Below are positions 30,455 through 39,095 of a stretch of 64,000 nucleotides of DNA, one piece after another (position 1 is the first letter of the stretch; every line of letters starts with the position of its first letter). The DNA lies in assembly GCA_965218425.1 (NCBI GenBank), contig OZ244621.1, forward strand, positions 256,001 to 320,000. Reading direction: 5' to 3'. The notes under the pieces were generated by a model, which worked only from the letters and a program-made list of their open reading frames with translations, did not search any database and was not told the origin of the DNA. A program made the position numbers and the translations under genes. The DNA comes from an uncultured Candidatus Binatia bacterium (lineage in GTDB: Bacteria; Desulfobacterota; Binatia; UBA9968; CAXXLF01).

Positions 30455-31507
30455 ATGAAATTCAGTCTGTTTACCGAAGTGCAGTGTCCTGCTGGGGTGT
30501 CACCCGTCAAGCGTCTGGATGATTTCCTGGTACAGGCGGAAAATGCGGATGAATTGGACTACCATGGCTTGTGGATTTCAGAACTCCACTTCCAACCTGA
30601 GTTCTCGGTCTTCTCCGCCCCCTACCCCGTGCTTGGCGCCGTGTCCCAACGTACCAAAAGGATTCGCATGGGAGTAGCCGTAAATATTCTTCCCGTTCAC
30701 CACCCACTTCAGTTGGCCGAGCAAGCGGCCATGATTGATCTCCTTTCCCACGGCCGCATGGACTTCGCCATTGGCATGGGCCATTTTCATTCGAGGGTCT
30801 ATGAGGGTTTCGGGGTGGAGCAGGAAAAAGGCAGAGAGATGATGGAAGAGAGCGTAGAAGTGATCCGGGCGGCCTGGACGCAAGAAGTTTTAAAATTCGA
30901 GGGCAGATTTCATCGTATCCCAGAAGTGGTACCTAACCCCCGGCCACTTCAGCAACCTCACCCTCCTATCTATACCGCCACCGGGTCCCCCGACGGAATC
31001 GAGCTTGCCGCCCGCCTGGGCCTCAACCTGTTATTACCGCTCCACACCCTGACCCGTGAGAGGGTCAAAGAATCTGCCGCTTCCTACTGGGAGTGTCTTG
31101 AAAAACACGGACGTAATCGGTCCGAAGGGGAAATAGGATTGTTGGTCCCGGTTCATATCGCCGGGTCTGCACAGGAGGCACAGGAACGGGCCCAGACCGG
31201 TATCATGGACTACTACGCAGTAATCCGCAAGGTTCGATACGATTACCGAGATTGGTGGATACGACGCGGTCTGGATCCCTCGCGTCTGCGCCGACCCGCA
31301 TGGGAGGGAATCACCTATGAAAGAATCCGCAACGAACATGCGGTGCTAGCTGATCCCCATACGGCAGTGGCGGAATTGCGGGGCCTTCAACAGGAAACGG
31401 GCGCAAACCACATCCTGTGCTGGATGAACATGGGAAGTATTTCCCAGGAGCTGGTCCTTGATTCCATGGAAAGGTTCGCCCACGGTGTCATGCCGAACTT
31501 GCTTTGA
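30455..31507 (+). CDS. LLM-class flavin-dependent oxidoreductase
   Basis: WISELHF, AEQAAMIDLLSHGR, PRPLQQPHPPI. Confidence 0.92.
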   Translation: MKFSLFTEVQCPAGVSPVKRLDDFLVQAENADELDYHGLWISELHFQPEFSVFSAPYPVLGAVSQRTKRIRMGVAVNILPVHHPLQLAEQAAMIDLLSHGRMDFAIGMGHFHSRVYEGFGVEQEKGREMMEESVEVIRAAWTQEVLKFEGRFHRIPEVVPNPRPLQQPHPPIYTATGSPDGIELAARLGLNLLLPLHTLTRERVKESAASYWECLEKHGRNRSEGEIGLLVPVHIAGSAQEAQERAQTGIMDYYAVIRKVRYDYRDWWIRRGLDPSRLRRPAWEGITYERIRNEHAVLADPHTAVAELRGLQQETGANHILCWMNMGSISQELVLDSMERFAHGVMPNLL

Positions 31508-31518
31508 GCCGCAAGGAA

Positions 31519-32181
31519 TTAGTGCCCGGAGTTCTCCCACACGGCGAGGGCGACCCGGCAACACAGGGTGTCCTGCTCTGCCCGACTGCCCCCAGCCACT
31601 CCGATCCCGCCGATGATGGCAACTCCATCGACGATGACAATACCGCCTCCTGTAGGAGTGATGCGACCGCGATGGGAAACCATGAGGCTGCGCAGCCAGG
31701 CCTGCCGGGCTTGTGGCACCAACTCCTCGGTGGGTACGTGAAAGGCGGCCGCCGTGTAGGCCTTATGAAAGGCAAGCTCCGCCGTCCTCGGGTTAGCCTC
31801 GTCCATCCTCCCTACGGCAATGGGGCAACCGGCCTCATCAACCACCGCAACGGCCACCTTCATCCCCTCCTTACTGGCATACGCATGCGTCGCATTGACC
31901 ATCTCCCATGCCTTCTCCATGGGAACGGGACCAACATCCGGTTTATTTTGCCGAAAGAAGCTGGCGTTGACCTCCAGCGAGTGCTTGTGCTCGGCTGGTA
32001 GGTCGTAATCAACGAAAATGGCGTCCACGGGACAGACGATTTCGCATTGCTCGCAATCGATACACACCTCGGGATCGATATAGAACTGTGGCGCCCCGGG
32101 GGTGGTATGAATGCAGGCCACCGGACATACATCCACGCAGGACCCATCGTTGGTGCAAAGCTCCGTGATGACGTAAGGCAG
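31519..32181 (-). CDS. Dicluster (7Fe-type) ferredoxin fused to a GlcG/HbpS heme-binding domain; putative CTG start
   Basis: (M)PYVITELCTNDGSCVDVCPVACIH, CIDCEQCEIVCP; then AVVDEAG...RMD...KAYTA...GGIGVAGG...QD; AGGAG RBS upstream of CTG at 32181. Confidence 0.85.
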   Translation of the reverse strand: MPYVITELCTNDGSCVDVCPVACIHTTPGAPQFYIDPEVCIDCEQCEIVCPVDAIFVDYDLPAEHKHSLEVNASFFRQNKPDVGPVPMEKAWEMVNATHAYASKEGMKVAVAVVDEAGCPIAVGRMDEANPRTAELAFHKAYTAAAFHVPTEELVPQARQAWLRSLMVSHRGRITPTGGGIVIVDGVAIIGGIGVAGGSRAEQDTLCCRVALAVWENSGH

Positions 32182-32191
32182 GTGTTCTCTC

Positions 32192-32773
32192 CTAGCCGTC
32201 TGCGATCAGCGGTAAATCGGTGCGGATGACGTTCACCACATGAACCTGGGTCCCGTATTTTTGCGTCGCCAGTTTCCCCTCGGCGTTGATCGTCCCCAGA
32301 CCTGCTGCTTCGGCTAGTTGCTCCGCATCAGGGTCCGCCGACGCCGCGGCGCGAAATCCAAGTTCTCTGATCCATGCGCTGAGGACGAAGGTGACGAACA
32401 GGCCGTTCTGTACGGGCACCTGGCCACCAACTCCCGGGGCCGTTTGCGGGTCCATTTCCGCTCGTACCGCGCAGATGACCGCGAAGGAAAACCCTTCACT
32501 GTTGTCAGATTCATTGGTGTCTAATTTCGTGATGCCCACCAGATCGGCACCCAGATAGCGTGCCAGTTCTTTCACATGGCTGGAAGTAATCTCCGGCGTA
32601 TGGATGTCAGCCTTGGTTGGGAAAACATTGCCCTCGGGGGCATTGCGGATCAACTCCGGCACCGAGTTGGCAAGATCGGCCATGGGCTTGTTGAGAAAAG
32701 TCTCCCAGTAGGGATCTTCCCGGGCGGCTCTTCCAAGCCAGGGAATATTAAACGGTCCCAACCGCAAGGCCAC
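32192..32773 (-). CDS. Stand-alone RdhA-like core domain lacking Fe-S motifs
   Basis: HVKELARYLGADLVGI, WIRELGFRA, AEAAGLG, KYG...IRTDLPL parallel the upstream RdhA; no CxxCxxC. Confidence 0.75.
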   Translation of the reverse strand: MALRLGPFNIPWLGRAAREDPYWETFLNKPMADLANSVPELIRNAPEGNVFPTKADIHTPEITSSHVKELARYLGADLVGITKLDTNESDNSEGFSFAVICAVRAEMDPQTAPGVGGQVPVQNGLFVTFVLSAWIRELGFRAAASADPDAEQLAEAAGLGTINAEGKLATQKYGTQVHVVNVIRTDLPLIADG

Positions 32774-34113
32774 TAGACGTCCCGTCTCACGAATCGGTTA
32801 GTGTTTTCCTTCAGAGGCGCATAATAGCCCATATTACCGACCACCTCCCCCGATGCTTTGTCCCCTTCATGGGAGGCCGTGCAACCGGCAACGGTACAGG
32901 CGTGCTCGCCGGGTTTCGCGCCGGAGTCATAGCCCAGCCATTTCACCCGTGTCTGACGCGCCACCCCCCAGAACCGGTCGTCGATGGCCTTGAGGGCTTT
33001 CACCAGAGTTGGGCGTAAGGGAATGGGGCAGGTGTGGAGAGCCAAAATAGTAAGGCTTCGCCACCAAACGTTGGGTTTGGTAAAGGGACAAACGGTGGCG
33101 CAGGTCAGGCAGCTCCCCCAATGTTCGTGGGTATAGGCCCGCAGCTTGTAACAGGTGAGCCAGTTGATCTTGTACTTCTCAACCCCGTTGTAAACCTCCT
33201 TGTCCTCGAAGGTGATGCTGTTGGTGGGACAATTGATGGCGCATTTGCGACAGATCTTGCAGAAGTCTTCAACGCCTATGTCAAGGGGTTGGTCCGAAAC
33301 CAATGGGAGGTCGGTTAGTATGGGATCCGGCATATGGATGCGGGCACCGTATTTATCGTTTATGAGGAGCCCGTTGCGGCCCAGCTCGCCGACACCGGAG
33401 GCCAATCCTGAGGCCTGAGGGTTAGCCACACCGCGGAGCGCAGTATACCCCAATTCTTTCACATACCCTTCAAGGGCCTTGAGAATCATGACGCCTCTCA
33501 TCTGCGACACGTGATAGGCGGCGTCACCGATATGGTGCCGATGGGCCTGGAGCTTATTGTAGTCCCATGCTGTGGTGGCAACGATGAGGTAAGGGAATTT
33601 GCGGACCAGCTCCTCAGGCGCCTGGGTCTCATACGCGTCCTCGGCCGTACCGTCCTGGACGTAGCGGGCTCCGGCGTACAGGAAGCTCGGATGCGCTTTG
33701 GCGACGGCCACAATATCGGCACCCATATAGCGGGCGACGGCTTTGATGTGGCGCGTCATGGCGGCTGGATCATCCACCGAAACCCGATCCGGATTGACCA
33801 TGCCTTTGCTTGCCCGGTTAACCACCGTGGTAAGGAAATGTCTGTGGTCGGCGAAATGGTTTGGAGCGGATACCCGGGTCAAGGGATCTTTGGAAACCGT
33901 GTTGTGCTGATAGTTGAATAGGGCCTTCCCCAACTCACCGCGCCGGTTCTTTGGGTGCGGCGACTGGTTCATGTCAACGTTGGCGACGGGTCCGACAATG
34001 CGAACCGTCCGGCCAAGGTAGGGGGGAGGAGGAAGGTCAGCCTTCGCTTGATTACTTTTGAGGCCATCACCCTCGTTAAGTGGCTTTGCGGTACTCTCCA
34101 GTCCTTCAACCAT
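32773..34113 (-). CDS. rdhA: Reductive dehalogenase-like B12/Fe-S protein, no Tat signal
   Basis: IKAVARYMGADIV, SGVGELGRNG...YGAR...TDLPL, FCKICRKCAINCP, C-x13-CLTCATVCP. Confidence 0.82.
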   Translation of the reverse strand: MVEGLESTAKPLNEGDGLKSNQAKADLPPPPYLGRTVRIVGPVANVDMNQSPHPKNRRGELGKALFNYQHNTVSKDPLTRVSAPNHFADHRHFLTTVVNRASKGMVNPDRVSVDDPAAMTRHIKAVARYMGADIVAVAKAHPSFLYAGARYVQDGTAEDAYETQAPEELVRKFPYLIVATTAWDYNKLQAHRHHIGDAAYHVSQMRGVMILKALEGYVKELGYTALRGVANPQASGLASGVGELGRNGLLINDKYGARIHMPDPILTDLPLVSDQPLDIGVEDFCKICRKCAINCPTNSITFEDKEVYNGVEKYKINWLTCYKLRAYTHEHWGSCLTCATVCPFTKPNVWWRSLTILALHTCPIPLRPTLVKALKAIDDRFWGVARQTRVKWLGYDSGAKPGEHACTVAGCTASHEGDKASGEVVGNMGYYAPLKENTNRFVRRDV

Positions 34114-34209
34114 GGCAGCTTCTCCTTCCTAGTTTATGATCTATACCCTAGCGGCAGCAGGTGCTTAACGGTTTTTTAGGCGGAAAACGATCTCATTTTA
34201 ATTTCCAAC

Positions 34210-34608
34210 TCATGCATATGAGGCGAGAGCAACTTCGGCACATCGTTGGTCCTGATCATCGGTACCACCGGCCACGGCAACGGCGCCTACAACATTACCA
34301 CCCTCCACCACGGGCAGAGCCCCCGCACCGGGCATAATTCGACCGCTGCTGGAAACCACCAAACTCTGGAACCAGGTCTGGCCTGCAACCCCGGACAATT
34401 CCTTGGTGGGTTGCTGGAAACTAGCCGCCGTGTAGGCTTTGTTCAGAGCGATTTCCACCGTGATGGGCCGCGCGCGGTCCATTCGGCCCACTGCGATCAT
34501 TCGGCCACTCTGATCAACCACCACCGCAGTAACCGCGATGTCCAACTGTGCCGCTTCAGTGTGAGCGGCGCGAACTATTTCAATCGCCTTTTCTCCTGGT
34601 ATCGCCAT
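34210..34608 (-). CDS. GlcG/HbpS/PduO-C-type heme-binding protein
   Basis: AVVVDQSG, RMDRA, ALNKAYTAAS, VGAVAVAGG, QDQRCA. Confidence 0.88.
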   Translation of the reverse strand: MAIPGEKAIEIVRAAHTEAAQLDIAVTAVVVDQSGRMIAVGRMDRARPITVEIALNKAYTAASFQQPTKELSGVAGQTWFQSLVVSSSGRIMPGAGALPVVEGGNVVGAVAVAGGTDDQDQRCAEVALASYA

Positions 34609-34676
34609 GGTCGCTTCGGCCCTCTGTTGGTGTTTAGTGCAAACGCCAAATCAACGAGATGCTGCAATTTGGCTAT

Positions 34677-34705
34677 AGTCTATTCCTGCCTGACCGGACT
34701 GTCAA
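34677..34705 (-). promoter_or_regulatory. Sigma70 promoter of the GlcG-RdhA operon
   Basis: Minus strand TTGACA-17 nt-TAGACT; TGAC-N6-GTCA palindrome at 34691-34704. Confidence 0.7.
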
Positions 34706-34724
34706 ACCCTATGGAGAAGGAGGT

Positions 34725-35210
34725 AAGCACAAAGCGCAGAGCCCGCAGTACTGGGTAACGAGTTCTGATTACTGAGCAGAACTAGCTATCAGCCGTCAGC
34801 TTTCAGCGATCAGCCAGTCAAGAGAGAAAGACAGCAGGCAGTAGGCAGGGAGCAGCCGGAATAGTGTTGAGTGCTGACGGATGAGGGGCCGGAGATCGGA
34901 GGGCAGAGGTCGGAGATCAGAGATCAGGCAAGATCAAGGAAAGGCGCGAAGGGTAATGCGTTAGGACTGGACGACGGACTACTGACGACAGGACTACGAA
35001 CAGACAGAGATAGAGATAGGGACAGAGCGAGAAACGAGAAAGACAGTGGGCAGAGGGCAGTTGGCAGCAAAAGAATAATCGCTCACTACAAGATTACGAA
35101 CAACGGACTCCTGGTCGGCAATTCCCGTATCAGGGTCAGTAGTCGGTAGCCAGTGGTCCCGAATCCGTATGGACGCTATGCTCTTTGCGCTTTGCTATTA
35201 GGCTCAGTGC
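34725..35210. repeat. Largest intergenic mosaic of periodic modules (forward then reverse), including composite Z, copy 2
   Basis: GCTATCAGCCGTCAGCTTTCAGC, GACAGCAGGCAGTAGGCAG, GGAGATCGGAGGGCAGAGGTCGGAGATCAGAGATCAG, GGACTACTGACGACAGGACTAC, then GGACGCTATGCTCTTTGCGCTTTGC. Confidence 0.82.
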
Positions 35211-35293
35211 TCGACGAAGCGCTGGACAACCGGGTCCAATATGATCTAGAAGTCAGGAAGAAATAATTCTTTTGTCATCCTGGAGGTAGAAAA

Positions 35294-37507
35294 ATGGCGC
35301 AGGTGGTTGGAAGGCCCACACCGAGGGTCGAGGGAGAGGAGAAGGTCACGGGCGAAGCAATTTACAGTGCGGATGTGGCATTGCCGGATATCCTGTGGGG
35401 CAAGATTCTTCGTAGCCCGATTCCTTACGGCCGTATCAAGCGAATCGACGTGAGCCGAGCCGCCCAGGTTCCGGGGGTAAAATCCGTAATCACAGGACAG
35501 GACGTGGCAGGGCTTCTGATCGGCAGGCAGATATACGACACGCCGATCCTCGCAAACGATGTGGTTCGCTTCGTGGGGGATAAAGTGGCCGCCGTAGCGG
35601 CCGAAAGCGAAGACGCCGCAGACCAGGCCCTCCAGCTCATTGAGATTGAATACGAGGAGCGGGAACCCGTGCTAGATCCCCTGGAAGCCTTGAAGCCCAC
35701 GGCCGCCCTGATCCACCCCGATGTCCTCTCCTATAAAGGGCTGCCCAGTCCACTGGAGTCGGCGAGCAATCTTTTTGGTTACTTCTGCTGGGGGAATGGA
35801 GACACTGACGCTGGCTTTCAACAGGCCTACGAGATCGTGGAAAATACCTTCGAGACCCATGTGGTTCACCAGTCCTACATCGAGCCTCACGCGTGCGTGG
35901 TAAAGGCCGATTCTTCCGGGGGGGCGGAGATATGGGCCTGTTGCAAGACTCCCTTTGCAGTGCGCCGGCAACTCTCCAACGCCGTTGGTATCGCACAGGA
36001 AAAACTGGTTTTCCATCCGGTTCACATCGGCGGGGATTTCGGCGGCAAGGGGGGATTCATGAATATCCCCGTGGGTTACTTCCTCTCACTCAAGAGCGGG
36101 GCGCCCGTGAAGGTGGTCATGGACTACGATGAAGAACTCACCGCGGGCAATCCCCGCCATGCTTCGGTGATTAAAATAAAGACTGGAGTTAAGAGAGACG
36201 GGACCATTGTGGCGCACCACATGGAGTTTGTTTTCGATAGCGGCGCCTTCGGCTCTATGAAACCTGCAGGTTACCTCAGGGGTGCCATGAACTGCGCGGG
36301 GCCCTACAAAATGGCGAACTGCAAAATCGAAGAGAAGATGGTCTACACGAACAAGGTTCCATGCGGGCATATGCGCGCCCCTGGAGACCCCCAGGGTTTT
36401 TTCGCCAACGAAAGCCAGATGGACATCGTTGCTCGCAGGATCGGCATGGACCCCGCAGAGTTCAGGCGCAGAAACCTCCTTCGCGATGGGGACACCTCAC
36501 CCACGGGCGAGACCATGTCCCACATCAAGGCCGTCGAAGCACTGGACAAGGCCATTTCCCTGTCGGGCTACCAGAGGCCAAAGCCGAAGAATGTCGGCCG
36601 CGGCCTCGCGTTCGCCGAGTGGGGGCCGGGGGGTGGCGAGGGAAACGTGTTTATCAAGATCGATGAAACAGGGACCATTACCGTCAGCTCTCCGGTGGTG
36701 GATCAGGGAGCCGGTACGTACACGGTGATATGCGGAGTAGTCGCTGAGGAGCTGAAGACTTCCACCCAGGCGTTGAAGTTTGTCCACATGGATACGAGCA
36801 AAGTTCCCAGTGATGGAGGCGTGGGCGGCAGCAGGGCAACGAGGGTTTACGGTAACGCGGCCTACGAAGCGGCACTGAAGGCCAGAGAAGAGCTATTTGC
36901 CATTGCGGGCGACAGCTTCAAGGTCAACCCCGGGGAGCTTTCGCTGGCCAACGAGGCCGTCATCCACCGGCGCGGTAAACGTCGCATGAGTTTTGCCCAG
37001 CTAGCTCAGGCAAAAGGATTGCCCATCGATGTCCAGGGTTACTACAAGCAGTCGGAAAAGACCCATCACGCCACCGTAGCAGCGCAGGTGGCAGAGGTGG
37101 AGGTGGATCCGGAAACGGGCCAGATCAGGCTGAGACAATTTATTTCGGCCCATACCACAGGCAAAGTCATCAACCCCCTCATGCACCAGGGCCAGATTGA
37201 AGGAGGAGTGGTGTTTGGATTGGGGTACGCTTTGACGGAACATTTGATCTTTGACGATGGAAAAGTGATGACGACCAATTTCGGCGATTACAAAATCCCG
37301 AACATTCAGGACATACCGCGCTTAAAGACTGCTGTGATGGAAACGGTCCCGGGGGGGCCGGGTCCCTATAATAGTCTACCCATCGGAGAAGTGGCCAACG
37401 TCCCCACGGCGGCTGCCATCGCCAACGCCATAGAAGACGCTGTGGGATTGAGAATAAAATCCTTGCCGCTCACCGCCGAAAAAGTTTTTGCCGTAACCAG
37501 ATCGTGA
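35294..37507 (+). CDS. Stand-alone XDH/CoxL-family molybdopterin-binding subunit
   Basis: GGDFGGKG, HMRAPG, GGSRAT, GQIEGG, PIGE. Confidence 0.93.
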   Translation: MAQVVGRPTPRVEGEEKVTGEAIYSADVALPDILWGKILRSPIPYGRIKRIDVSRAAQVPGVKSVITGQDVAGLLIGRQIYDTPILANDVVRFVGDKVAAVAAESEDAADQALQLIEIEYEEREPVLDPLEALKPTAALIHPDVLSYKGLPSPLESASNLFGYFCWGNGDTDAGFQQAYEIVENTFETHVVHQSYIEPHACVVKADSSGGAEIWACCKTPFAVRRQLSNAVGIAQEKLVFHPVHIGGDFGGKGGFMNIPVGYFLSLKSGAPVKVVMDYDEELTAGNPRHASVIKIKTGVKRDGTIVAHHMEFVFDSGAFGSMKPAGYLRGAMNCAGPYKMANCKIEEKMVYTNKVPCGHMRAPGDPQGFFANESQMDIVARRIGMDPAEFRRRNLLRDGDTSPTGETMSHIKAVEALDKAISLSGYQRPKPKNVGRGLAFAEWGPGGGEGNVFIKIDETGTITVSSPVVDQGAGTYTVICGVVAEELKTSTQALKFVHMDTSKVPSDGGVGGSRATRVYGNAAYEAALKAREELFAIAGDSFKVNPGELSLANEAVIHRRGKRRMSFAQLAQAKGLPIDVQGYYKQSEKTHHATVAAQVAEVEVDPETGQIRLRQFISAHTTGKVINPLMHQGQIEGGVVFGLGYALTEHLIFDDGKVMTTNFGDYKIPNIQDIPRLKTAVMETVPGGPGPYNSLPIGEVANVPTAAAIANAIEDAVGLRIKSLPLTAEKVFAVTRS

Positions 37508-37529
37508 GGATGGAGGTAAAAGAGAACCC

Positions 37530-38801
37530 ATGGAGAAGGGAACCACACCGGGCACCGTCAGCGTGGCGGGGGTGGCTGAGCAAGCGGTCAGCATCAGCAA
37601 ACGGGAAAAACAGATCGTCATGTGGTTGAACAACATCAACCACATGATGAACCATTTTCAGAACCAGATCGTCTTCGTCATGTACCCCACCATTGCCCGG
37701 GAAATGGGCTTTGGGCCCTTACAGCTGAGCCTTCTCACCGCCGGTCGAAGCATCTTCAATAACTGGGCGCAGCTAGGCTACGGCTTCCTGACACCCTTTG
37801 TTCCACGGTTTCAGCTCTTAGGCATTACCAGCCTGGTTTACGCCTCCGGCACCTTTCTCAGTGGCACTGCCTGGAACTTTTTGAGCTTTCTGGGCATCCG
37901 ATGCCTTGCAGCTGCCGGCTCAAGCTCCATGCATCCCGTGGGCACCAGCCTCCTGGCAAGCTACTTCCGGGAAAACCGGGGCGCGGTGCTCGCCTTAAAC
38001 AGCAGCATATCCCAGGTGGGTAGCATTATGGCGCCTTTGCTGGGAGGCTTCTTGCTTCTCTCCATCGGTTGGCGCAACACTTTTTTCACCGTGGCCATTC
38101 TGAGCGTGTTCATGGCCGTGGCCTACTTCTTTTTTCGCGACCGCGTCAGGGACAACACGAAAACCGGGGAATCCAAAAAAGCAAAGCTCGCTCGCAGCAC
38201 GGCAAGCTATCTACGGCTGCTGCGCAACCGTAACTTCATGTTCATCGCCCTGGTGTTTCTCGTTGGCGGTGCTGGTCGAGGCGAAGTGATGCCCACCTAC
38301 CTGCCCCTTTACCTGGAGCGGGACTTCGGCTTCGCCACGACGTTCACCATCGCAGTGTTGTTCCTGTTCCAGCTGGGCGGTCTCGCCGGACCTCTGGTGT
38401 TCGGGTGGATCTCAGACCGCGGTTCCCGCAAGCGGGTCACCCAGACGTCGCTGTTTCTCTCCGGATTGGCGGCCATCGGTTTGGCCTGGCAGGGACCCAA
38501 CCCGACTATGATCGTTCTCAACGTCCTTTTCTTTGGAGCCGTAACCCACTCTCGTGGGAGCCTGACCCAGGCCATGGTGGCCGACTCGGTTACGGAAGAA
38601 GACCAGGATGCGGCCTTCAGCCTTTATTTCTTTCTTGGATTTCTGTCGGCTCCGGTGTGGGCCATTGTGACCGGCTACCTCTTCCAGGCCTATAGCTTTA
38701 CCGTGGCTTTTTCGGTTATGTCCACCAGCTTTTTCGCGGCAATGCTCGTAATGAACCTGGTGCAGGACACACGAAAACCGCTGGTGCAGCATAAAGCCTA
38801 G
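37530..38801 (+). CDS. MFS transporter
   Basis: Hydrophobic helices, SSMHPVG, GWISDR. Confidence 0.88.
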   Translation: MEKGTTPGTVSVAGVAEQAVSISKREKQIVMWLNNINHMMNHFQNQIVFVMYPTIAREMGFGPLQLSLLTAGRSIFNNWAQLGYGFLTPFVPRFQLLGITSLVYASGTFLSGTAWNFLSFLGIRCLAAAGSSSMHPVGTSLLASYFRENRGAVLALNSSISQVGSIMAPLLGGFLLLSIGWRNTFFTVAILSVFMAVAYFFFRDRVRDNTKTGESKKAKLARSTASYLRLLRNRNFMFIALVFLVGGAGRGEVMPTYLPLYLERDFGFATTFTIAVLFLFQLGGLAGPLVFGWISDRGSRKRVTQTSLFLSGLAAIGLAWQGPNPTMIVLNVLFFGAVTHSRGSLTQAMVADSVTEEDQDAAFSLYFFLGFLSAPVWAIVTGYLFQAYSFTVAFSVMSTSFFAAMLVMNLVQDTRKPLVQHKA

Positions 38802-38820
38802 GCAATTTAGTACTGAGGAG

Positions 38821-39082
38821 CGGCAAAGCGCATGGTGCTGGGCGCAAAGCGTCAAGAGCGATACGCCCCCGGATTTCCGAACAAAGACAACTCGCGTCCT
38901 TCGAGAACCTCAGGACCCCGAGGGAAATCGAGGGGCAAAGACGCAAAGCGGGCTCAGTACCGAGCTACGAGGGCTGAGGAACGAGCTTCCAAAAAAGTGT
39001 TAAATGTTGAGCGTAAGCCTCAGAGAGAAAGAATGGATGCGAGATTCTTTTCTTAACACTGAGGGATAATCTGCGGTTAATT
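38821..39082. repeat. Intergenic mosaic including composite Y, copy 1
   Basis: 38821-38896 aligns by eye with the reverse complement of 59710-59790; ends in ATCTGCGGTTAA. Confidence 0.75.
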
Positions 39083-39095
39083 TCTTAAAGAGCTC

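Noticed and set aside
31504..32001. 165-aa plus-strand ORF and other long antisense ORFs (e.g. 7255-8127, 10224-10916, 17725-18411)
   Set aside because: Shadow frames of well-supported genes in GC-rich DNA, with no recognisable motifs.
32773..34113. Epoxyqueuosine reductase QueG
   Set aside because: The second cluster spacing is C-x13-CxxCxxxCP and the GELGRNG/TDLPL context is RdhA-like; QueG-type CISY...GCD motifs are absent. An HMM test is still advised.
34609..34705. Cobalamin riboswitch or CprK dehalobox upstream of the RdhA operon
   Set aside because: The leader is only about 60 nt, with no B12 box and no TTAAT-N4-ATTAA.
34871..35149. Small low-complexity ORFs in intergenic mosaics (also 18272-18556, 19287-19490, 38832-39056)
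   Set aside because: They are translations of the periodic DNA modules, with no RBS or family support.
34725..35210. CRISPR array or VNTR
   Set aside because: No constant repeat with regularly sized spacers and no cas genes; the units are degenerate and mixed.
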